A stretch of DNA of 64,000 nt from positions 64,001 to 128,000 of IMG/VR virus record IMGVR_UViG_3300046008_000291. The stretch is one strand, 5' to 3'. Position 1 is the first letter of the stretch, and every line of letters begins with the position of its first letter. Origin of the DNA: a virus. Shown one piece after another: positions 1-10,027 of the stretch. A model generated the notes under the pieces. It did not search any database. It saw only the letters and a list, made by a program, of their open reading frames with translations, and was not told where the DNA came from. The position numbers and the translations under genes were made by a program.

Positions 1-2
1 AA

Positions 3-257
3 GAATTAGGTGTAGATTTTTCCTCTGCCAGAGTAATACCTATCGAAAAATTCACCAGTGATAAAAACAATTTCTCATATCATACGTTTTTACTACCCGT
101 CAATGAAGAATTTGTACCTGAATTAAATCACGAGCACAGAGGGTATTGTTGGGTTAATTTGGATGATCATCCTAAACCCTTGCATCCAGGTGTATGGCGT
201 ACTGTTAATTTTAAAGAAGTTGTTGCTAAGATTAAAACTTTAGAATCTATATTATAG
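3..257 (+). CDS. C-terminal part of a NUDIX-family hydrolase (gene starts before the window)
   Basis: Manual translation from nt 3 gives ELGVDFSSARVIPIEKF...ELNHEHRGYCWV...LHPGV...ESIL, TAG at 255-257. The leading ELG fits the end of a Nudix box and EH.GY.W fits the Nudix C-terminal motif. Confidence 0.6.
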   Translation, partial: ELGVDFSSARVIPIEKFTSDKNNFSYHTFLLPVNEEFVPELNHEHRGYCWVNLDDHPKPLHPGVWRTVNFKEVVAKIKTLESIL

Positions 258-989
258 ATCCACTTCTAACGCAAATGTGCGTAATGATGCTTGTCTAAAA
301 TTTAAACAGCCTGCCCATGTGTCCGACACAGTCATTCTTCCTGTACGCGATACTAGAATAAATTCAACATCATTATAAACATCAAACAACATCTTACGTG
401 CTTCTATCCAGCGAGTATCTAACACATCACTTCTAACCGGTTGATAACAGGCAGTGCCAGCATATACGTTATTATTAAATCCACGACCCGATTGGTGATC
501 AAAGCCCAACATATATATTCGTTTATGTCCATCAAATGCTGCAATATATGCTGCTGTGGTTCCTGCATCCATATATGAATTGTACGGAATCATATAAAAT
601 TTATTAGGATATTGTAAGGTATGTTCGGCGTTAGTGTATACAATATGATCATTGATATAAGCACTCTCCGCTAGTTCTTTAATCATTTCATTACCAGTTG
701 CTATTAGAAAATCAGGAGCAAAATCTCTATACAAGGCATTGCAACCATAACTTTGTAGAGTTTTTGCGCCAAGTAAACCACCGTGGTGATTTTTAATCAC
801 GGATAGATTTAAATCTAGTCTGCTTAATCCATTACCCAATACAATTGCTTGATTAGATATTTGTATATTAGTAATAGCGTTTGGCACATTTTCTGTTGTA
901 TCGTGCCAAACTCCGTTATTATAATTACGCTCAACTACAATTGATTCTGTAGTATAATCCTTACGATATCGTTTAACTAAAGGAAGCAT
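252..989 (-). CDS. Maf/DUF115-like (glycosyltransferase-like Rossmann) protein
   Basis: Motifs AIVLGNGLSR, SYGCNALYRD..PDFL, DAGTTAAYIAA..GHKRIYMLGFD, NNVYAGT match the pattern of this family in T4-like aquatic phages. Confidence 0.55.
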   Translation of the reverse strand: MLPLVKRYRKDYTTESIVVERNYNNGVWHDTTENVPNAITNIQISNQAIVLGNGLSRLDLNLSVIKNHHGGLLGAKTLQSYGCNALYRDFAPDFLIATGNEMIKELAESAYINDHIVYTNAEHTLQYPNKFYMIPYNSYMDAGTTAAYIAAFDGHKRIYMLGFDHQSGRGFNNNVYAGTACYQPVRSDVLDTRWIEARKMLFDVYNDVEFILVSRTGRMTVSDTWAGCLNFRQASLRTFALEVDL

Positions 990-995
990 TAATTT

Positions 996-3900
996 TTATA
1001 CCTTAATATATGTTGTTTGTATTTTTACTGCATTACCAGCATTTGCACCTTGGTATGATAACTCAACTGTCCCGCTAGTATACGTCGCTGATATAGTACC
1101 TAAACTTGCTGTACCTGTATACATAGTAGCATATTGGTTTTTGTATGCAGTGGTGCCATTGTGTACTACTAATACTTCAGCAGTTTCATACTCGCCTAGT
1201 GACGAATTTGAAATTGACAATACATATTTTGCACTTCTGTATACTGTTGCATCAAATGTATCAATCACCACATCCGAAGTACCCACCGATACTGCAGCTG
1301 GATCTGCTACAATAATTCTAGCAACAAGAGCATCGGTATAAGTATTCGCCCAACGTTTGTCGGTGGCGCCCAGATTATGAACTTCGTTACCATTTGGAAT
1401 AACATTACTATTAATGTCTGCAAAGAATATAACATTATCTGTGTTAGAATCACCAAGATTAATATTACCTGCTGTATCACCCTTGACTGTTAAGTTACCG
1501 TTAATAACAACATCATTCATGAATGTTGCTGTACCAGTAGCTGCCGAAATACTCATTCTAGTTTCAACTGTGCTTGTACCGGCTATTACGTTAGCAAAGG
1601 TATCATTAACTTTAAATTGTACATAGCCATTACCGTTGGATAATGCTGATACTGTTGTGGATGTACTTAATGCTCTAGCATCAATGATATCACCAACAGC
1701 CGGAGCTTCGGTGAATGTTAATACATCACTGTTTATTCCACCTACACTATATGATAGTGTTGGATATTGCACAACTCCGTTAATTGCAACAATAAGAGCT
1801 GATGTTGTTGATGGCGCCGATAATGTAAAGTTAGTTGCAACTCCGTTACCTGTAAATGCATTTGTTGTAACTAATGTAAATGAGCTACCTGCTACTTGCC
1901 ATGATGTACCATCAAAGAATTCAATATTGTTGGATGATGTACTATATCGTGCCATACCTATAACATCAGTGGCACCGGAATTACTTGGACGTTGACTAAC
2001 ATCACCAACTGGTAATATAATTGCACTTGAACCGGTAAATGTTGCTATAGATCCGGCAACAGCCGATGTTAAGTTGCCGCCAAACACCACAGCATTATTA
2101 GTACTATCTGCTAAGAATAAACTAGATGAATTTGTACCTTTAACAACAAAGTTTTCATTCGATTGCGTATCGTTTATTACTGCGCCATTACCCACAAACA
2201 AGCTATCACTAATACCAACACCGCCAACTACAACTAATGCACCTGTCGATATACTTGTACTTACTGTTCCACTTTGAGCAATCAAATTACCGTTTTGTGT
2301 AATTTGTACGCCAATATTACCAAGAGTTGTTGGATAGAGGCTAGTTCTTAATGTAGTTCCTGTAGCAAACTGCATTCCGGTAGCCGAGTATACATAAGTT
2401 CCATTGCTATCACCTGATGCAATGCCACCACCATAGGTATTATCATTAGCTTTTATTTGGATAGATCTTCTGCCAGAACCTTGTTCGTGGTAGATACCCT
2501 GATTGTTTATTGTAGTATATGATGAGTAAAATACAGTATTATCACCAAATGTTACATTAGCACCATCGACAGTTAAGTTGCCGCCTGCTGTAATTGATTT
2601 AGCAGCACTAATACCGCCGTCTACACTTAATGCACCGCCGCCAGAAAAGTCACTTTCAGTAGTATCACTAAACGTAACTTGTCCAGCAACAGATAATTCA
2701 CCTGATACTGTTGCATTACCTGAAATATACGCTAATCCATCAATTGTAACATTGCTAGTAGTGTCAGTGAATGTTACAAATCCATTGTAGAAATTAGCGG
2801 ATGAATTAGATATTGTAAACACATTAACAGCATCAACATTAGCTGTAATTGTACCATTGCCCGAATCAGATACAGTAACGTCTGTATTATTTTGTAAAAT
2901 AGAGGTAGCACTAGCTGAAGCCAGTGTAGTAGTTAAATAATCTAATGTTACTGCATCTTGTGCGCTGACCGGATTAGCAATATTAGATATCAACGAGCCT
3001 GTTGCATCAATTACACCACCTGCATCTGGATTCAATGTAACATTACCACTGCCGCCAATTACAGAAATTTCTGCGGTATCACCATTAATACTAAAGTTTT
3101 TAACTGTTAAAATGTTTGATGCAAAGGTAAAGTCAGATGAGTCAGATAATAAGCCACCTGTGCCAGCATAGGTAATTCTTGTTGCAGTTAAGCCTGTGTC
3201 TGTTACAGTTGTAAATGTACCAGCTGCGGCAGATACGTTACCAATTACAGTACTGTTAATATCACGTGCTGTTACTGTTAATGCAACATCTAAATCGTTA
3301 TTGACCGTTGTAGTACCTGTGGCTGCACCAACACTTAATGTTGTTGCTGCACCTGCAAAGTTTACTGTAGTGGCTGTTGTGTTAACTAGATCAAAGCTAC
3401 TAGTACCTGCTACCAATGATGTTTCTAATGTAGGGCTTGTACTGAATACTAAATTACCAGTGCCTGTTTCGTCGGTAACAGCATCTAGTAAATTACTACT
3501 TGATGGTGTTGCTAAGAATGTAGCTACATTTGCTCCAAAGCCAGTAACACCTGTTAACGGTAAGCCGGTTGCATTAGATAAGTTAGCAAAACTAGGTGTG
3601 CCGATGTTTGGCGTTGTTAGTACTGGACTTGTACTGAATACCAAATTACCAGTGCCAGTTTCATCTGTTACTACTGTGATTAAATTACTACTTGAAGGGG
3701 TGGCTAAGAATGTAGCTACTCCTGTAGCAAGTCCACTAACCCCTGTACTTATAGGCAAGTCTGTTGCATTAGATAAGTTAGCAAAGCCAGGTGTGCCAAT
3801 GTTTGGTGTTGTTAGTACTGGGCTATTACTGAATACTATATTACCTGTACCAGTAGCGCCAGATGATGTAACTCCTTCTAATGTTACATGGCCAGTTACA

Positions 3901-6900
3901 CCAAGTGTGCCACCAACTGTAGCATTACCAATAATGTTTGTTGTTTCGTTACGTATGTTTGCTATACCGGTGGTAGCACCAACTATAAGTGTTGTTGCTG
4001 CACCAAATGCATTTACAGTTGTAGCATTAGTATTGAATACATCTTGTGTTGCTTGTGTGCCAACTACTGCCGGGTTATTGATAGTCAACGTACCACTTGT
4101 GGCACCAAATTCTAAATCAGTTGCAGCTTTAAACGCATCAACTGTTGTAGCATTTGCATTTACTAAGTTAAATGTACTAGCAGTGGTTGTAATGTCTCCA
4201 CCATTAACTGCTAAGTTAGCAGTTAACGTAGTTTCACCAGTGACTGATAATGTACTACCTACTGTAGCGGCGCCAATAATATTTGTAGTTGCATTACGTA
4301 TATTTGCAATACCTGTTGTGCTACCTAATATAAGTGCAGTTGCTCCACCTGCAAAGTTTATCGTGGTAGCAGTGGTATTAAATAGGTTTGCTGTTGTTGC
4401 ACTTGTGGTGATGTCGTTACCACTTAATGTTGTTACAGAGTTGCCATCAAACGACGTTACTGTAAATCTCGGAGCTACTGTAACAGTGCCTGTGAAATTG
4501 GCACCCGGTGTAACTATATTTTTATTAAAATTAACTGATTGGGTTGCATTAGTCCATAAAATAGTTGCATTGGCGCCATCTATGGTTAGACCTGCACCGT
4601 TAGCGGCTGCTGGATTTGCAGCGCCTTTAGCCACTGTGATGTTTAAATCTTCAACATCTAATGTTGCTGTGTTAACTGATGTTACAGACCCATCAACCTG
4701 CAAGTTACCTGTGATAACTACATCACCACCTACGTTTAAGTTTTGAGCAATACCAACACCACCAAGTGTAGTAATTGCACCAGTTGAACTGTTAATACTT
4801 TGTGTAGTATCAGTTGCGTTAATGTTACCACTAATATCTACATTAGCATCAAATGTTACTGTTTTTGCAAACTGTGCTGTACTGTTGCTAACGTGGAATC
4901 CACGTCCTACACTAGCATCAACTGTAACATTTCCAATAAACTGACTGGTAGTTTGAACAAACAATGAACCACCAACGGATACATTAGAAGTAGCGTCATC
5001 TATTACTAATAAATCTGTAAAGTATGCCGCTGAATTTGTTGTAATGGTCGAAACTAATACACCGTCTACATTAGTTGTGATAACACCTGCCACGTTACCA
5101 TTGTCTGTTATAGTGATATCGGAATTATCTGTTTGTAAGTTTGTAACACCACTGTTAATTTGTGTGTTTAAATAACTTAATGTAACTGCATCTTGCAGAT
5201 CTGTAGGGTCAGCAATATTTGCCACAGTCGCACCGTTGCCATCAATTACATTGGTGCTAGCTGATAAGTTAAGATTGCCACCAACTGCAGCGATAGTATT
5301 AGTTTCACCGTTAATCGATACATTTCTAATAGATAGTGTGTCTGTAACAAACGTCAAGTTTGCGCTATCGTCTAAATCTCCACCAGTACCGGCAAATGTT
5401 ACTCTAGTTGCTGTTAATGATTCGTCGGTTACTGATGTAAATTTACCAGAGGCTGCAGTTACTGACCCAATTGGTGTTGCTTGTATACTATTTGCTGAAA
5501 GTGTAGCACCAACTACTGCATTACCTTCAATGTTTGTAGTTGCATTGCGGATGTTTGCTGTACCCGAAGTATCACCAAGTATTAGTGTAGTGGCGGCACC
5601 AAATGCATTTACTGTAGTAGCAGTTGTATTAAATACATCTTGTGTTGTTTGTGAGCCAACTACAGTTGGGTTATTAATTGTTAATGTACCAGTTGTAGCA
5701 CCTAGATCAATGGTAGTCGCTGCACCAGCAAAGTTTACAGTAGTAGCATTGGCATCAACTAAATTAAATGTGCTGGCACTTGTAGTTAAATCACCACCAT
5801 TAACAGCTAAATCATCAGTTAGTGTTACCGCACCAGTTACACCCATTGTACCAGCAACTACTAAATTACCAAGTACATTCGTAGTTGCATTACGTATGTT
5901 TGCAATGCCTGTAGTTGCGCCTACTATTAATGTAGTGGCAGCACCAAATGCATTTACTGTAGTTGCTGTTGTGTTGTATAAATCTTGTGTTGTTTGTGAG
6001 CCAACTACAGTTGGGTTATTAATTGTTAATGTACCAGTTGTAGCACCAAATTCTAAATCAGTAGCAGCTTTAAATGCATCTACAGTAGTAGCATTTGAGT
6101 TTAATAAATTAAATGCGCTAGCGGTAGTTGTTAAGTCACCACCATTAACTGCTAAGTCACCTGTTAAGGTAATATTAGCCAATGTTAAGTCTAAGCTGTA
6201 TGTAACTTCTTTAGTAACACTATTGTATTGTAATGTACCTACGTTGCCAGTGGCATTTCTAATTGGGTTTACATAGAAGCTGTCTGTTTGTGCCGCTACG
6301 CCGTTAGTTTGATCTCCGCTAGCATTAAGAACAATAGTTCTAGCAGGTTGAGCAAGATATCCAGCTTTGTATCCTATAGAAATTGCATAATCACCGTTTT
6401 CACTGTGAGCAGCTTCATAGCCTATTGCTATCGATCCTATACTTTGGTTGTATTGACCTGCCCAAGCGCCAACTGCTACGGCGTATTGTTCTTGTTGCAG
6501 AGTTCCAGAATATATACCAACCGCAACAGTTTCTGTAGCTTGAGTAGTTAAACCAGCACTACGTCCTATGGCTACAGCATAATCTGATTGTGTATTCTCT
6601 CCTGCAAACGCACCAATAGCTACCGAGCTAGGTCCTTGACTAGTTAAACCAGCACTGTGTCCAAATGCTACTGCATTGCCAGACGTGTCTTTAATTACCG
6701 CACCATTAGCTAGGGTAATAATATTACCCATTGTAAGTTTACCGCCTACAGTAGCATTACCAATAATATTGGTAGTTGCATTACGTATGTTTGCTATGCC
6801 AGTAGTTGCACCCACTATTAATGTGGTAGCTGCTCCAGCAAAGTTTAGTGTTGTAGCAACTGTATTATATAAGTCCTGCGTTGTTTGTGAGCCAACTACA

Positions 6901-8000
6901 GTCGGGTTGTTAATCGTTAGTGTGCCAGTTGTAGCACCAATATCAATAGTTGTTGCCGCACCAGCAAAGTTTACTGTGGTAGCATCTGTATCAATTAAAT
7001 TAAATGTAGCCGCTGTGGTAGTTAAATCACCACCGTTAACAGCAACATCTCCTACAGTTGTAAAGTTACCAGTACCTGATAAGTTTGCTACTAGTGTTGT
7101 AGCACCATACCATTTAAAGTTAAATGAGTCACCATATTCCGGAACGCTCGTCCATAATGTTGCAGAATCGATACCAATAGCGTAATCAACTGTGCTACCA
7201 CTTAGTGCAGGATAAAGAACTACTTTAGTACCATCGGTTCTTGTAGTAAATGCCGGAGCACCTGTGCCGTTTGTGTTCCAATCTATACGATTGCTGGTGC
7301 TACCGTTTAGGTAAATTTGGCCATCACCTGTTGTAGCACTACCAGCACGTGTAGTAACTATTTGCCCAGGTGTTGTTACAGTAGCATTGTTTAAGGTTAG
7401 TGTACCAGTTGATGCACCAATACCCAAGGTAGTTGCAGCACCAAATGCGCTGATTGTAGTAGCATCAGTGTTTAATAGATTAAATGTAGTGGCAGTTGTG
7501 GTTATATCGCCGCCATTAACTGCTAGATCGCCAGTTAATGTAAGATTGCCGGCGCCAATATCATCTATTGTTGTAATGCCAGCGACTGTAAGATTACCAA
7601 CTTTTAAGTTAGCAAATCCGCTGTTGTCAATAGTGGCGTAGCTTGTGCCAGTTTCAGTTGTATAAGTGAGTTCAAATTGGTTATCATTTTCGTTCCAAAT
7701 CAACGCTGTGCTGGTTTGATTACCACGATTGAATATTAGACCAACATCGTAACTGTTTGTTCCAGTAAACGCATTGTTTAGGACAATTAATGGATCGTTA
7801 ACATAAGTGTTGGTACTTGCTACAGTAAGGTAACTACTAGCACCTTGAACTGTTAGATTACCAGTAATGGTAACATCACTGGCTACTGTTAGATTAGCAT
7901 TAAATAAGCTACCTACAATAGATCCTGGAACAATCTTGGTGTTAGCAAGGATCGTTGAATCCGTAATCTGATTATTCTTAATTCTGGTTAGAACTGCCAT
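996..8000 (-). CDS. 2334-aa repetitive long tail fibre / virion fibre protein
   Basis: Rich in T/G/N/A/V. About six ~100-aa repeats (GDLAVNGGDLTTTA.TFNL...GATTGIANIRNATT), three TPSSSNL..VTDETGTGNLVFSTSP repeats, and a YadA-head-like block (AVAIG/AVAVG/SIAIG every 15 aa). Confidence 0.8.
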   Translation of the reverse strand: MAVLTRIKNNQITDSTILANTKIVPGSIVGSLFNANLTVASDVTITGNLTVQGASSYLTVASTNTYVNDPLIVLNNAFTGTNSYDVGLIFNRGNQTSTALIWNENDNQFELTYTTETGTSYATIDNSGFANLKVGNLTVAGITTIDDIGAGNLTLTGDLAVNGGDITTTATTFNLLNTDATTISAFGAATTLGIGASTGTLTLNNATVTTPGQIVTTRAGSATTGDGQIYLNGSTSNRIDWNTNGTGAPAFTTRTDGTKVVLYPALSGSTVDYAIGIDSATLWTSVPEYGDSFNFKWYGATTLVANLSGTGNFTTVGDVAVNGGDLTTTAATFNLIDTDATTVNFAGAATTIDIGATTGTLTINNPTVVGSQTTQDLYNTVATTLNFAGAATTLIVGATTGIANIRNATTNIIGNATVGGKLTMGNIITLANGAVIKDTSGNAVAFGHSAGLTSQGPSSVAIGAFAGENTQSDYAVAIGRSAGLTTQATETVAVGIYSGTLQQEQYAVAVGAWAGQYNQSIGSIAIGYEAAHSENGDYAISIGYKAGYLAQPARTIVLNASGDQTNGVAAQTDSFYVNPIRNATGNVGTLQYNSVTKEVTYSLDLTLANITLTGDLAVNGGDLTTTASAFNLLNSNATTVDAFKAATDLEFGATTGTLTINNPTVVGSQTTQDLYNTTATTVNAFGAATTLIVGATTGIANIRNATTNVLGNLVVAGTMGVTGAVTLTDDLAVNGGDLTTSASTFNLVDANATTVNFAGAATTIDLGATTGTLTINNPTVVGSQTTQDVFNTTATTVNAFGAATTLILGDTSGTANIRNATTNIEGNAVVGATLSANSIQATPIGSVTAASGKFTSVTDESLTATRVTFAGTGGDLDDSANLTFVTDTLSIRNVSINGETNTIAAVGGNLNLSASTNVIDGNGATVANIADPTDLQDAVTLSYLNTQINSGVTNLQTDNSDITITDNGNVAGVITTNVDGVLVSTITTNSAAYFTDLLVIDDATSNVSVGGSLFVQTTSQFIGNVTVDASVGRGFHVSNSTAQFAKTVTFDANVDISGNINATDTTQSINSSTGAITTLGGVGIAQNLNVGGDVVITGNLQVDGSVTSVNTATLDVEDLNITVAKGAANPAAANGAGLTIDGANATILWTNATQSVNFNKNIVTPGANFTGTVTVAPRFTVTSFDGNSVTTLSGNDITTSATTANLFNTTATTINFAGGATALILGSTTGIANIRNATTNIIGAATVGSTLSVTGETTLTANLAVNGGDITTTASTFNLVNANATTVDAFKAATDLEFGATSGTLTINNPAVVGTQATQDVFNTNATTVNAFGAATTLIVGATTGIANIRNETTNIIGNATVGGTLGVTGHVTLEGVTSSGATGTGNIVFSNSPVLTTPNIGTPGFANLSNATDLPISTGVSGLATGVATFLATPSSSNLITVVTDETGTGNLVFSTSPVLTTPNIGTPSFANLSNATGLPLTGVTGFGANVATFLATPSSSNLLDAVTDETGTGNLVFSTSPTLETSLVAGTSSFDLVNTTATTVNFAGAATTLSVGAATGTTTVNNDLDVALTVTARDINSTVIGNVSAAAGTFTTVTDTGLTATRITYAGTGGLLSDSSDFTFASNILTVKNFSINGDTAEISVIGGSGNVTLNPDAGGVIDATGSLISNIANPVSAQDAVTLDYLTTTLASASATSILQNNTDVTVSDSGNGTITANVDAVNVFTISNSSANFYNGFVTFTDTTSNVTIDGLAYISGNATVSGELSVAGQVTFSDTTESDFSGGGALSVDGGISAAKSITAGGNLTVDGANVTFGDNTVFYSSYTTINNQGIYHEQGSGRRSIQIKANDNTYGGGIASGDSNGTYVYSATGMQFATGTTLRTSLYPTTLGNIGVQITQNGNLIAQSGTVSTSISTGALVVVGGVGISDSLFVGNGAVINDTQSNENFVVKGTNSSSLFLADSTNNAVVFGGNLTSAVAGSIATFTGSSAIILPVGDVSQRPSNSGATDVIGMARYSTSSNNIEFFDGTSWQVAGSSFTLVTTNAFTGNGVATNFTLSAPSTTSALIVAINGVVQYPTLSYSVGGINSDVLTFTEAPAVGDIIDARALSTSTTVSALSNGNGYVQFKVNDTFANVIAGTSTVETRMSISAATGTATFMNDVVINGNLTVKGDTAGNINLGDSNTDNVIFFADINSNVIPNGNEVHNLGATDKRWANTYTDALVARIIVADPAAVSVGTSDVVIDTFDATVYRSAKYVLSISNSSLGEYETAEVLVVHNGTTAYKNQYATMYTGTASLGTISATYTSGTVELSYQGANAGNAVKIQTTYIKV
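5637..6047. repeat. 66-bp perfect direct repeat (5637-5702 = 5982-6047) inside the 2334-aa fibre gene
   Basis: ATCTTGTGTTGTTTGTGAGCCAACTACAGTTGGGTTATTAATTGTTAATGTACCAGTTGTAGCACC is read at both positions; diverged copies lie near 4050 and 6880. Confidence 0.9.
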
Positions 8001-8093
8001 AGGTTAAAACTCCGCTTATAATTATTAGTATATAGTAAACTGAATGGTAGCGGCGGTTCCATATTCCCCTGAGCTGGCACAGTTTGTTATATG

Positions 8094-8100
8094 TATTTAG
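8094..8100 (-). promoter_or_regulatory. T4-type late promoter (CTAAATA) for the 2334-aa fibre gene
   Basis: TAAATA core about 90 nt upstream of the start codon; the same motif recurs before most structural genes. Confidence 0.6.
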
Positions 8101-8144
8101 TTGAGATTTGAGATTTTAAGTTTGGTGATTTATATAGTTTTATA

Positions 8145-8261
8145 TTAGCGCAACTCATACCAAAATAACTGGGTGGCTGATGTACCAGTTGAAGTAACTA
8201 TGTAAGTTGACCCTGTTTGTATATTATGTAGTACGTCTGGTGTTACCTGTGTTAATGCCAT
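8145..8261 (-). pseudogene. 38-aa truncated/fused copy of the short-fibre gene (MALTQVTPDVLHNIQ-TGSTYIVTSTGTSATQLFWYELR)
   Basis: First 15 codons match the protein start at 10779, with the same promoter and leader; then a jump to an unrelated tail ending W.ELR-stop. Confidence 0.75.
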
Positions 8262-8287
8262 AGTTATTCTCTGTTATAGTGTATTTA
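8216..8287. repeat. 72-bp direct repeat, copy 1 (copy 2 at 10734-10805; 70/72 identical)
   Basis: Direct comparison. Includes late promoter TAAATAC, leader and codons 1-15 of the short fibre. Confidence 0.92.
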
Positions 8288-8330
8288 CTACTTTTGCTGG
8301 GTTAATATTGATCATTTTCCCTGTGAATAT

Positions 8331-8338
8331 TATTTATA
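8331..8338 (-). promoter_or_regulatory. Orphan T4 late promoter TATAAATA
   Basis: Perfect T4 late consensus followed only by a 13-codon stub (MININPAKVVNTL). Confidence 0.55.
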
Positions 8339-8346
8339 GTACATTT

Positions 8347-8418
8347 TTACATGTGGCCTTCTGCAAATATGTTTACAAATACTGTATCATCTTCTAGTGC
8401 TTCAATTTCGTGCCATTC
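8347..8418 (-). pseudogene. C-terminal remnant of a cupin-like gene (EWHEIEALEDDTVFVNIFAEGHM-stop)
   Basis: Manual translation. WHEIEALED.TVFVN.F is the cupin motif-2 end seen in small phage tail-locus cupins. No start codon or N-terminal part. Confidence 0.6.
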
Positions 8419-8422
8419 CTTA

Positions 8423-8818
8423 TTATACTGCGGCAAGTTTTGCCTCTTCAGTTATTTTCTTTTCAGCAATTACAGTAGGATAGTCTAGTTCACCAGCAAT
8501 AATTTGTGCCTTTAATGCTTCTAATACTAGGCGTGCTTTATTTTGCTCTACTCTTTCAGAACGCAACAATGAACGCAATTTATCACGGTATTGGTATTGA
8601 GCTATTGTCTGAACATCTTCATCACTCATATCCCAGGGTAAATTTTGCGTGTCTGTATTAATATGTTGTGCTAGATTATCAGGAATAGCGTCGGTTGGTA
8701 AACCAGTAAGCATCACAGTATAGTTGTCTACATTTATTTGGTATTGATAGACTTCCTTTTCTCTGTGGTATGCGTTTGTTACTAAAGTATCTAAATGTTC
8801 ATCTTGTGTTACTATCAT
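8423..8818 (-). CDS. Small alpha-helical protein downstream of adhesin (putative fibre-assembly chaperone)
   Basis: 131-aa ORF with GGAG RBS, directly after the propeller adhesin; a paralogous remnant lies at 10876-11019. Function inferred from position. Confidence 0.55.
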   Translation of the reverse strand: MIVTQDEHLDTLVTNAYHREKEVYQYQINVDNYTVMLTGLPTDAIPDNLAQHINTDTQNLPWDMSDEDVQTIAQYQYRDKLRSLLRSERVEQNKARLVLEALKAQIIAGELDYPTVIAEKKITEEAKLAAV

Positions 8819-8839
8819 GGTTATTTCTCCTATTAAAAT

Positions 8840-10027
8840 TTAAATGTAGTTAACAGCTAGTCGGGAGCTATTAGTAGGTGCATTTGCTGGGTCGGCATAT
8901 TTAGCTCCGAATCCATTGGACCAAACGTATGCCTGCATAATACCGCCAGTGCCTTGGTATTGATACGCACAAAGCACTATTACGGTTTCTGAAATATTAA
9001 ATCCGACGGAGCTAACTTGGTCCATCCCGTAATTGAGGTTTATTGGCGTCACTGGGTCGGCATATTTACTGCCAAATCCGTTGGACCAAGCGTATACAGT
9101 TACAAAAGGGAAGTGATTGTGACCAACAGCTATAGCATTTCCTGAAGGGCTAAATGTAGCGTTCCATGCACTGCCTTGGGGTGACCATAATGGGTTTGAG
9201 CCTATTGGCGTCGCTGGGGCGGCATATTTACTGCCGAATCCATTGGACCACGCCCATACATGTATATATGGTGCTATGTTAGCTACGGGAACGGCCAGAG
9301 CAGTCCCTTGCGGATTAAAGGTAATTGCTGATAGGTTATTGCCTGATCCTAGCTGAGTTGGACTGGTATATTTACTGCCAAATCCACTAGAAAAAGACCA
9401 TGCTTCGACGTAACTCCGCTGGACCATTGCTAGCACAGTTCCTTGCGGATTAAAGCACACACCTTGCCCACGGGCACCAAGTGGCAGCGATGCCGGATCG
9501 GCATATTTAATTCCAACTCCAGTAGTATTAGACCAAGAGTATGCAGATATCCTTATACCTGTAGTGGAAGCAACAGCTATTGCATCATCCGAAGGAGTAA
9601 AGGCTATAGTAGTAACAATAGTCGGTGGTGGTGTTGCTGGGTCGGCATATTTACTTCCAAATCCGCTGGACCAAGAGTATGCAACTATTCCCGGAGTTCC
9701 AGATTGTACGACTGCTATTGCTGTGCTCGAATGAGTAAACTTTAACGATCCCGGAGAAGATAATGCTGCCGACGGGTCGGCATATTTAGCGCCGAATCCA
9801 TTGGACCACGGCCATGCATATACATACGGTGCCAAAGCCGACGACATAGCTATCACTGTTCGTAAGTTACTTTTACCAAATCCGTTGCTCAAAGTAATAC
9901 GGCCGCTGGCTATTTCAAATAAGGTTCGCACAGCACTATCACTTAATTTGCGACTAGTGTTAGCTGCAACACCAAGTTCTACGTTGATGTCACTGAATTT
10001 AATTACACCACTGGATGGTAACGGCAT
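8840..10027 (-). CDS. Adhesin with gp38-type N-terminal docking domain and 7-bladed beta-propeller
   Basis: N-terminus MPLPSSG..F..INVELG...L.DSAVRTLF is shared with the 12498-13454 ORF. Seven ~45-aa repeats with core WS.GFG.KYADP. Confidence 0.7.
   Translation of the reverse strand: MPLPSSGVIKFSDINVELGVAANTSRKLSDSAVRTLFEIASGRITLSNGFGKSNLRTVIAMSSALAPYVYAWPWSNGFGAKYADPSAALSSPGSLKFTHSSTAIAVVQSGTPGIVAYSWSSGFGSKYADPATPPPTIVTTIAFTPSDDAIAVASTTGIRISAYSWSNTTGVGIKYADPASLPLGARGQGVCFNPQGTVLAMVQRSYVEAWSFSSGFGSKYTSPTQLGSGNNLSAITFNPQGTALAVPVANIAPYIHVWAWSNGFGSKYAAPATPIGSNPLWSPQGSAWNATFSPSGNAIAVGHNHFPFVTVYAWSNGFGSKYADPVTPINLNYGMDQVSSVGFNISETVIVLCAYQYQGTGGIMQAYVWSNGFGAKYADPANAPTNSSRLAVNYI

Noticed and set aside
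1141-7641. Many plus-strand ORFs (up to 516 aa) opposite the 2334-aa fibre, and similar ones opposite other long genes
   Set aside because: Antisense shadows of repetitive T/A/V/G/N-rich coding sequence; no RBS, promoter or recognisable motifs.
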